Assembly (NCBI GenBank): GCA_028713935.1
Contig: JAQTNI010000050.1
Span: 1-8,267 of the forward strand
Reading direction: 5' to 3'
Length of the DNA stretch: 8,267 bases
Source: Candidatus Iainarchaeum sp.
Lineage (GTDB): Archaea > Iainarchaeota > Iainarchaeia > Iainarchaeales > GCA-2688035
A program made the translations under genes and the position numbers. This document shows, in pieces, positions 1-4,402 of this stretch. The notes below the pieces were generated by a model that saw only the letters and a program-made list of their open reading frames with translations, was not told the origin of the DNA and did no database searches. Numbering within the stretch: position 1 is the stretch's first letter; each line of letters begins with the position of its first letter.

Positions 1-618
1 TTTTTCTTTCAATAATTTAATTTTGTAACAATTTTCAGCTGCGATTTTTTCTATTTCTGATGATAATGCAAAATTGGAAGTGGCCAATAAAAGGCGCCCA
101 CTTGGTTTTAGATGGGATTTGGCGCCTTCAACGTATTTTTTAAGGCCAGAATATTTGTAGTCGAATACTGATTTTTGCAAAACTTCGCCGTATCGAGGAT
201 TTGCATAACCCCAGGGATGGTTCCAGAATATAAAATCAAATTTGTCTTGTGCTGGCACTGGCGCATACATATCCCCGGAATATGCTTTTAGTTTCAATCC
301 TTGCTTTTCAAAATTATATTTTGCATTTTTTATTGCCTCTGGATTAATATCTGTAACAGTTACTTTTGCCCCTTTCAAAGCGGCAAAGAGTGCTATTATT
401 CCTGTTCCGGTTCCGATTTCTAATAAACTGTGCTTGCCAACAATTTTTGAAACTGCGCTGGCAATCCAATTGCTGTCCGTGAAATAGGCAGGAGAGAAAA
501 CATTGGGAAAAATGTGAATTTTTATTCCATTTACTTCCACTGAATACTTCTTTTTATGGGTTTTAATTTTGTCAATGGTCTTTCTGACTTCTTTTTCCCA
601 TGTTAACCTATCAACCAT
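1..618 (-). CDS. Class I SAM-dependent methyltransferase (small MTS/HemK-like domain); C-terminal end runs off the left window edge
   Basis: Not in the ORF track because it is edge-truncated. The reverse complement of 1-618 is open in one frame from the ATG (rc of 616-618). It reads MVDRLTWEKEVRKTIDKIKTHKKKYSVEVNGIKIHIFPNVFSPAYFTDSNWIASAVSKIVGKHSLLEIGTGTGIIALFAALKGAKVTVTDINPEAIKNAKYNFEKQGLKLKAYSGDMYAPVPAQDKFDFIFWNHPWGY...PSGRLLLATSNF... Rossmann motif I is LEIGTGTG, the acidic motif II is VTVTD, and N-H-P-W sits where (N/D)PP(Y/F/W) is expected. A TATA-like TTAAATTT (rc of 640-647) lies about 26 nt upstream of the ATG. Confidence 0.8.
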   Translation of the reverse strand, partial: MVDRLTWEKEVRKTIDKIKTHKKKYSVEVNGIKIHIFPNVFSPAYFTDSNWIASAVSKIVGKHSLLEIGTGTGIIALFAALKGAKVTVTDINPEAIKNAKYNFEKQGLKLKAYSGDMYAPVPAQDKFDFIFWNHPWGYANPRYGEVLQKSVFDYKYSGLKKYVEGAKSHLKPSGRLLLATSNFALSSEIEKIAAENCYKIKLLKEK

Positions 619-663
619 TATTCAATATTAGAGTTCAATAAATTTAAGCTTGTTGCAAAAACA

Positions 664-679
664 AAAGAATGCGCAAAAA
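664..679 (+). repeat. Left copy of a perfect 16-nt direct repeat AAAGAATGCGCAAAAA flanking the substrate-binding-protein gene
   Basis: It is identical to 1819-1834. A second shared block TAAAGGG follows at 694-700 (right copy 1836-1842). Confidence 0.85.
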
Positions 680-764
680 AACCTTTTTTTACACAATAAA
701 GGGTTTCTGGTTTTTCAAACTGCAGGGAGAAATGTTTATAACCGAAAACGCACAATAATTGCGT

Positions 765-1820
765 ATGGTAAATAAAATTCTTGTTTATTCCGTTATTGCA
801 GTTATAGTTATTTTGGTGATTGCTGGAATAATTGTGTACAACCTGCCTGCGAAACAAGAAGGCAAGACAATAAAAATAGGGGCAGTGCTTGCCTTAAGCG
901 GGCCGTCTGCGATATGGGGCGAGAGTGCCCGCAATGGAATGGAGCTTGCTCTTGAAGCCCATCCAGAATTGTCTGTTATTTATGAGGATAGTAAAGGCGC
1001 TTCATCGGATGGAATAACTGCGTATCAAAAATTAAGGCTTCAGGAGCCAGACCTTTTTGTATCTTCTTTGAGTATTGTAAGTATCCCGCTTGCTTCCATT
1101 GTAAAAGAAGATAAAAAAGTCATGATTGTGACCCAGAGTGCTGCGAACAATCTTACTAATGACTATGTTTATAGATATTATTCGGATGCTAATCATTTTG
1201 CTCTGCCTGCTTTTGAATCAGATATTTCTCCCCTAAAGGGCGTTACAAAATTGGCTGTTGTTTACAGGGAGGATGAATATGCAAAATCTGTTGCAAACAA
1301 AGTAAAGGAATTGAGTGCAGAGCAGGGCAAGGAAATAGTGTTCTTTGAATCTTATATTCCGAATGAAACTGATTTTTCAACAATACTGACTAAGGCGAAA
1401 GAAGCGAATCCTGAAGCATTATTGTTTATCCCAACTCCCCCAAGCGAATCTTTGGCTATCCTGAAGAAAATTGGAGAATTGAAATTTGACATTCCGATTA
1501 TTGAAGTGTCAAATGTCCAGTCTGACCCGGAAACACAGGCAAAGGCACCGAATATTACGTTTTATACAGAACAATTTGCATTTTCAATTCCCGGGAACAG
1601 CGAACCTTTCAAGCAGGCTTACAGGGCAAAGTATAACAAGGAGCCGAATTTTGTTGCAGCATTTGGTTATGACATAATCAATCTCATTGCAAGCTGCGAG
1701 AAAAGCAACATCAAAGAATGCTTGGATAGCAAGAAGGAAGTTACTGGAGTAACTGGAACCGCAAGCGGCATAAAAAACCATGAAATACTACTGCCAATGT
1801 ACCTTGTTAGGGTCCACTAA
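765..1820 (+). CDS. Type-I periplasmic-binding-protein fold substrate-binding protein (LivJ / branched-chain amino-acid-binding family) with an N-terminal membrane anchor
   Basis: The ORF track gives 759-1820 from a TTG; I prefer the first ATG at 765. A hydrophobic anchor ILVYSVIAVIVILVIAGIIVY is followed by KIGAVLALSGPSAIWGESARNGMELALE...YEDSKG. This is the typical opening of Leu/Ile/Val-binding ABC solute receptors. A TATA-like TTTATAAC at 735-742 lies about 26 nt upstream of ATG 765. Confidence 0.85.
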   Translation: MVNKILVYSVIAVIVILVIAGIIVYNLPAKQEGKTIKIGAVLALSGPSAIWGESARNGMELALEAHPELSVIYEDSKGASSDGITAYQKLRLQEPDLFVSSLSIVSIPLASIVKEDKKVMIVTQSAANNLTNDYVYRYYSDANHFALPAFESDISPLKGVTKLAVVYREDEYAKSVANKVKELSAEQGKEIVFFESYIPNETDFSTILTKAKEANPEALLFIPTPPSESLAILKKIGELKFDIPIIEVSNVQSDPETQAKAPNITFYTEQFAFSIPGNSEPFKQAYRAKYNKEPNFVAAFGYDIINLIASCEKSNIKECLDSKKEVTGVTGTASGIKNHEILLPMYLVRVH

Positions 1821-1834
1821 AGAATGCGCAAAAA
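1819..1834 (+). repeat. Right copy of the 16-nt direct repeat AAAGAATGCGCAAAAA
   Basis: It is identical to 664-679. It overlaps the last two bases of the TAA stop (1818-1820) of the binding-protein gene and sits in the 23-bp convergent gap before the 1844 gene. Confidence 0.85.
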
Positions 1835-1843
1835 GTAAAGGGA

Positions 1844-2125
1844 TTAGGTTTCCTGCAATCCCAAAAATTCTTTTATTTCTTTTATTTTTCTTGGGTTGAT
1901 TGAAACATGCTGTTCATTTGTGGATTGCTTTGAAAGTAGGAATTGCCCATTAACTAATTCCTTGATTGCCTGCTCTATTTCTTTTTGGCCTTTTTTGTTG
2001 GAGCGAATGTGATTAGGCAGGCCCTTTGAAAGATTAAAAACAGCAGTATGCGAACCTCCAATCTTTCCCAGATTAATCAGTTTCCTTAGGATAAATCGCT
2101 TAATGAAAACAACTTCTTCTGCCAT
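1844..2125 (-). CDS. Small (93 aa) winged-helix-like DNA-binding protein, uncharacterised archaeal-type family
   Basis: The ORF track gives 1844-2149, but the 2149 start is a TTG. The first ATG (rc of 2123-2125) gives MAEEVVFIKRFILRKLINLGKIGGSHTAVFNLSKGLP...IEQAIKELVNGQFLLSKQSTNEQHVSINPRKIKEIKEFL. This reads as a helix, recognition helix and beta-wing pattern. A TATA-like TTTTTATT (rc of 2149-2156) lies about 27 nt upstream of ATG 2125, consistent with a leaderless start. I cannot name the family with certainty. Confidence 0.6.
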   Translation of the reverse strand: MAEEVVFIKRFILRKLINLGKIGGSHTAVFNLSKGLPNHIRSNKKGQKEIEQAIKELVNGQFLLSKQSTNEQHVSINPRKIKEIKEFLGLQET

Positions 2126-2199
2126 AGCCAAATAAAAAGAAGAAAACAAATAAAAACATTCTGACTCCCAAATGGTATGTTAATATTCCAAAACAAATG

Positions 2200-2209
2200 A
2201 TTTAAATAT
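2200..2209 (+). promoter_or_regulatory. TATA-like box (ATTTAAATAT) for the 2243-2560/ybjQ unit
   Basis: The 10-mer is identical to 3164-3173. It lies about 38 nt upstream of ATG 2243, which would leave a short leader carrying the GAGTGG SD-like site. Confidence 0.45.
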
Positions 2210-2242
2210 TGTTGCCTATACAGATATTGTTAGAGTGGTTTT

Positions 2243-2560
2243 ATGGGAAATGCTTTTCTTGACTTTTTGGGTGACAATCCGAATGCAAGGCTGTTGGAAT
2301 TTTTGATTACTGGCAGAGAGCTTGATTACAGTTTAACTGATTTGGCTCAAAACGCAGGCATTGGCTGGAGCACTCTTCACAGAATTTTTCCCGCTTTTGA
2401 GAAACAAGGGATTGTTGTTAAAACCCGTGAAATAGGAAGAGCCAAGCTTTACAAACTCAACCAGAAAAACGAAGAGGCCAAAAAACTTGTTGAAATATAT
2501 GATGGGCTCCTGCAAAAACAACTTTTGCTTGCAGAAGAAAAGGCAGCAATAAAAATTTGA
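2243..2560 (+). CDS. Winged helix-turn-helix transcriptional regulator (105 aa)
   Basis: The product reads NPNARLLEFLITGRELDYSLTDLAQNAGIGWSTLHRIFPAFEKQGIVVKTREIGRAKLYKLN. This is a classic wHTH: HTH, recognition helix, then a beta-hairpin wing (GRAKLY). A TATA-like TTTAAATA sits at 2201-2208, and a weak SD-like GAGTGG at 2233-2238 lies 4 nt before the ATG. Confidence 0.75.
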   Translation: MGNAFLDFLGDNPNARLLEFLITGRELDYSLTDLAQNAGIGWSTLHRIFPAFEKQGIVVKTREIGRAKLYKLNQKNEEAKKLVEIYDGLLQKQLLLAEEKAAIKI

Positions 2561-2605
2561 ACGATGCCTTTAAAATTGCCAAAGATATAGGGGGAGGTAA
2601 AAAAC

Positions 2606-2935
2606 ATGGAACAAAATATGATAACAACTGCCTTTGAGTTAGATGGCTATGCAACTGTCAAGAATCTGGGAATTGTAAGAGGAATTATTGTGCGTTCCCG
2701 CTCATTAATTGGGAACATAGGGGCAGGAATTCAATCTCTCTTTGGAGGCAATATTACATTATATACAAAGCTTTGCGAGCGTGCTCGTGAAGAGGCATTT
2801 ATCATGATGATGAAGCATGCTGAAGACCTTGGAGCTAATGCAATTATTGGAATGAGATATGATGCGACAGAAGTTGCATCCGGAATCACAGAAGTCCTTG
2901 CATATGGCACTGCTGTAATTTTAAAGAAGAAATGA
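2606..2935 (+). CDS. ybjQ: YbjQ / UPF0145 family protein (putative heavy-metal-binding domain)
   Basis: [86 protein letters not shown]...[12 protein letters not shown] is collinear by eye with E. coli YbjQ (recalled from memory). A strong SD GGGGGAGGT at 2590-2598 lies 7 nt before ATG 2606. An alternative start is the ATG at 2618. Confidence 0.9.
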   Translation: MEQNMITTAFELDGYATVKNLGIVRGIIVRSRSLIGNIGAGIQSLFGGNITLYTKLCERAREEAFIMMMKHAEDLGANAIIGMRYDATEVASGITEVLAYGTAVILKKK

Positions 2936-3093
2936 GAATGAAGTTTATTTTATAAACCTTAAAAATAATCGCTCTCAGAAAACTAATGAATTAGGCATAA
3001 ATCCAGAATTCATTTTCGGCACCAACGATATATTTAAATTGGCTAAAAGCATAATAAATAGCGGAAAACCCCTTAATGTGCAAGAAGGGGTAA

Positions 3094-3142
3094 TGCACAA
3101 AAACGAGGTTCAGAAACCTAATTTTTAATCCCTTTTTGTGCA
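3094..3142. repeat. 10-bp perfect inverted repeat (tgcacaaaaa / tttttgtgca) enclosing a small 5-bp hairpin
   Basis: tgcacaaaaa (3094-3103) is the reverse complement of tttttgtgca (3133-3142). The inner hairpin pairs aggtt (3106-3110) with aacct (3115-3119). A neighbouring 6-bp stem pairs cccctt (3069-3074) with aagggg (3085-3090). TGTGCA/TGCACA occurs three times, at 3077, 3094 and 3137. Confidence 0.7.
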
Positions 3143-3154
3143 AAGTTCCGAAAT

Positions 3155-3173
3155 CCGAAAAGTATTTAAATAT
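3155..3173 (+). promoter_or_regulatory. BRE/TATA-like promoter for the 3197-3724 gene (near-leaderless transcript predicted)
   Basis: A purine-rich cgaaaag is followed by tATTTAAATAT. The TATA centre is about 27 nt upstream of ATG 3197. The same palindromic 10-mer ATTTAAATAT occurs at 2200-2209 upstream of the 2243 wHTH gene. Confidence 0.5.
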
Positions 3174-3213
3174 CATGACACTATCATGATAGTAACATGA
3201 TGGAACATGATGG
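3171..3213. promoter_or_regulatory. Four helically phased CATGA motifs (candidate operator) between the TATA box and the first codons of the 3197 gene
   Basis: CATGA occurs at 3174, 3185, 3196 and 3206, a spacing of 11, 11 and 10 nt. The arrangement is tatcatga (3171-3178), tatcatga (3182-3189), then tandem aacatgatgg (3194-3203 and 3204-3213). ATCATGAT at 3183-3190 is a perfect 8-bp palindrome. Confidence 0.5.
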
Positions 3214-3724
3214 TGTCAAGGCATTGTCTGAGCTTGTTGGGGATTCTGAGCTATTGAAGAAGATTTCTCCCAAGTTTAATGAAATGACTTTTGATATTCA
3301 GGAAATCCTGGAATATAGCAAAAACCCAATGTTTATTGCTGTTTTATTGTTCAAGCTCTCTCAAGAGAGAGAAAAAACCAATCAGATGCTTGAAAAAATC
3401 AATGAGAAGTTTGATTCTATTATGCTTAGGCTAAAGACAGCGCCTCAGGAGCAGGTTTTGCCTTCACAGTTTTCCCAGCCACAAATTGGAATGGATTTTT
3501 CTGAACACGGAATTGTTCCTTTGAAGGCTTTGCCTGAAAATGACCAGTTAATTGTGCATCTTGCTTTTGAAAAAGGCCAGATTTCCGCTGATGACATAAA
3601 AAAAGAATTAGGTTATAAAGGAAAAAATGCTGCTTCGCAGCGCTTGAACAAACTTGTTAAGGAGGGGCATTTGAGTAAAATTCAGGCAGGAAGAAAAGTA
3701 GTTTTTTTGGCAAGGACTGTTTAA
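3197..3724 (+). CDS. Two-domain protein: N-terminal helical domain of unknown function plus a C-terminal MarR-like winged-helix domain
   Basis: The C-terminal part LPENDQLIVHLAFEKGQISADDIKKELGYKGKNAASQRLNKLVKEGHLSKIQAGRKVVF has a wHTH pattern. I do not recognise the N-terminal 100 aa. A BRE/TATA-like element (CGAAAAG then TATTTAAATA, 3155-3172) lies about 27 nt upstream of ATG 3197. A T8 tract follows 46 nt after the stop. Confidence 0.7.
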   Translation: MMEHDGVKALSELVGDSELLKKISPKFNEMTFDIQEILEYSKNPMFIAVLLFKLSQEREKTNQMLEKINEKFDSIMLRLKTAPQEQVLPSQFSQPQIGMDFSEHGIVPLKALPENDQLIVHLAFEKGQISADDIKKELGYKGKNAASQRLNKLVKEGHLSKIQAGRKVVFLARTV

Positions 3725-3769
3725 AGTTAAAACCCACTAACTCCCAACCCACACCCTTGCCGGAATTGC

Positions 3770-3777
3770 TTTTTTTT
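3770..3777 (+). terminator. Oligo-T (T8) tract, candidate archaeal-type transcription termination signal for the 3197-3724 gene
   Basis: gcTTTTTTTTcc lies 46 nt downstream of the TAA at 3722-3724, and no other gene intervenes. Confidence 0.45.
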
Positions 3778-3800
3778 CCTGTTAAAATGCCCCGCCTCCT

Positions 3801-3998
3801 TTGCCTACTCCCTTTTTCTTTCTTTTTCTAAAAGAAAGAAAAAGTGTAAGTTGCCCAAAAAGAAAGAAAAGATGGTTGCCCAAAGAAAAGAAAAAACTCT
3901 CGCCCAAAAGAGAAAAACCCGAATCTTTGGTAAACAGATTGCCCAAAAGAAAGAACCCTGATTTTTAATAAACAAATTTGCTTGCCAAAAAAGGAAAG
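3801..3998. repeat. Degenerate direct-repeat array of TTGCC(C) followed by a 12-15 nt polypurine tract (AAAAGAAAGAAAAG-like)
   Basis: The copies are 3851-3871 ttgcccaaaaagaaagaaaag, 3876-3896 ttgcccaaagaaaagaaaaaa, 3900-3917 tcgcccaaaagagaaaaa, 3939-3955 ttgcccaaaagaaagaa and 3982-3998 ttgccaaaaaaggaaag. A variant at 3801-3827 (ttgcctactccc + tttttctttcttttt) carries the tract in inverted orientation. Start-to-start spacing is 50, 25, 24, 39 and 43 nt. Confidence 0.75.
3812..3844. repeat. Perfect 15-bp inverted repeat (hairpin/cruciform) with a 3-nt loop, built from the same polypurine motif as the adjacent array
   Basis: The left arm ctttttctttctttt (3812-3826) is the exact reverse complement of aaaagaaagaaaaag (3830-3844). 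The loop is tct (3827-3829). Confidence 0.85.
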
Positions 3999-4036
3999 CT
4001 AAATTAAATTAATTGCACCTATTTTTATTGAAGCAA

Positions 4037-4345
4037 ATGGTTAGAACAAGATTTTTTGGGAAGTCCTGGACAAGGGAAATGGAAAGAAAAAGAGTAGCGC
4101 GCTGGCCAGCAAGAATTAGAGGAAAAACTCCTGAACAAATAAGGGCAAGGATTGCCAGGCTAAGTGAAATTCGCGCAGAGGAAGTTTCTAAAGAAGGAAA
4201 ATTAGAAAAAAATATTCTGCTGCGGAAACAAGGAGAAATAAAGCTGCATAAATTTTTCCAGAAAAGCCTGTTTTGTCTTTGGAAGAAAGATTGGCAAGAA
4301 GAAAAAGAGCCAATGAATTGTTGTTCAATGAAATCAGGAAACTGA
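4037..4345 (+). CDS. Small, very basic Arg/Lys/Glu-rich hypothetical protein; the 3' end may continue in another frame to 4368
   Basis: The ORF track gives 4013-4345 from a TTG. The first ATG at 4037 gives MVRTRFFGKSWTREMERKRVARWPARIRGKTPEQIRARIARLSEIRAEEVSKEGKLEKN... An A/T-rich TATA-like TTAAATTA at 4004-4011 lies about 29 nt upstream. I recognise no family. The last 27 aa in this frame look non-protein-like (see the frameshift finding). The competing antisense 188-aa ORF is worse. Confidence 0.45.
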   Translation: MVRTRFFGKSWTREMERKRVARWPARIRGKTPEQIRARIARLSEIRAEEVSKEGKLEKNILLRKQGEIKLHKFFQKSLFCLWKKDWQEEKEPMNCCSMKSGN

Positions 4346-4402
4346 GAAAATTGCTTGGCAAAGCCTGATTTTAATTGATTTTTTTTGGATTGGCGTGGAA
4401 AC

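Noticed and set aside
242-857. ORFs 242-487 (+) and 618-857 (-)
   Set aside because: The first is antisense to the methyltransferase with its clear SAM-binding motifs. The second spans the divergent promoter gap and runs antisense into the 5' end of the binding-protein gene.
1486-2654. Short ORFs 1486-1677 (+), 1584-1781 (-), 2333-2521 (-) and 2457-2654 (-)
   Set aside because: Each lies within, or antisense to, a better-supported CDS: the binding protein, the wHTH regulator or the ybjQ start. None has independent signals.
2991-3176. 61-aa minus-strand ORF in the ybjQ to wHTH intergenic region
   Set aside because: Its start codon lies inside the CATGA repeat and TATA region of the opposite-strand promoter. 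The product is aromatic-rich and low-complexity, with no signals. The region is better explained as regulatory or structured DNA.
2936-3215. C/D-box sRNA or tRNA in the intergenic regions
   Set aside because: There is no RUGAUGA/CUGA box pair in proper arrangement; only AUGAUGG-like strings from the CATGA repeats occur. No tRNA-like T-loop (GGTTCGAATCC-type) sequence occurs anywhere in the window.
3731-3961. Long stop-free stretch in the same frame as the 3197 and 4013 ORFs, suggesting stop-codon readthrough or TGA recoding
   Set aside because: The 2243 ORF, ybjQ, GH130, the EncFtn-like gene and the HExxH gene all use TGA as a genuine stop, so a TGA-sense code is excluded. The open frame is a by-product of purine-rich repeats, which encode KKEK-type runs. 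It has no ATG until 3872 and no promoter or SD.
3872-3961. 29-aa ORF MVAQRKEKTLAQKRKTRIFGKQIAQKKEP inside the repeat array
   Set aside because: Its apparent peptide repeats simply mirror the DNA repeats. There is no TATA-like box about 27 nt upstream and no SD. It is too short to support from sequence alone.
3782-3964. Minus-strand open frame through the repeat array (...GFFLLGNLFTKDSGFSLLGESFFFSLGNHLFFLFGQLTLFLSFRKRKKKGVGKGGGAF*), which resembles a small membrane protein
   Set aside because: It has no ATG, only an internal TTG, and no promoter signal. The Phe/Leu-rich sequence is the trivial translation of the polypyrimidine strand.
3851-3998. Possible CRISPR array, given regularly spaced repeats
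   Set aside because: The repeats are only about 17-21 nt, degenerate and purine low-complexity. Gaps between copies are 3-26 nt and irregular, so there are no spacer-sized unique segments. No cas genes are present.
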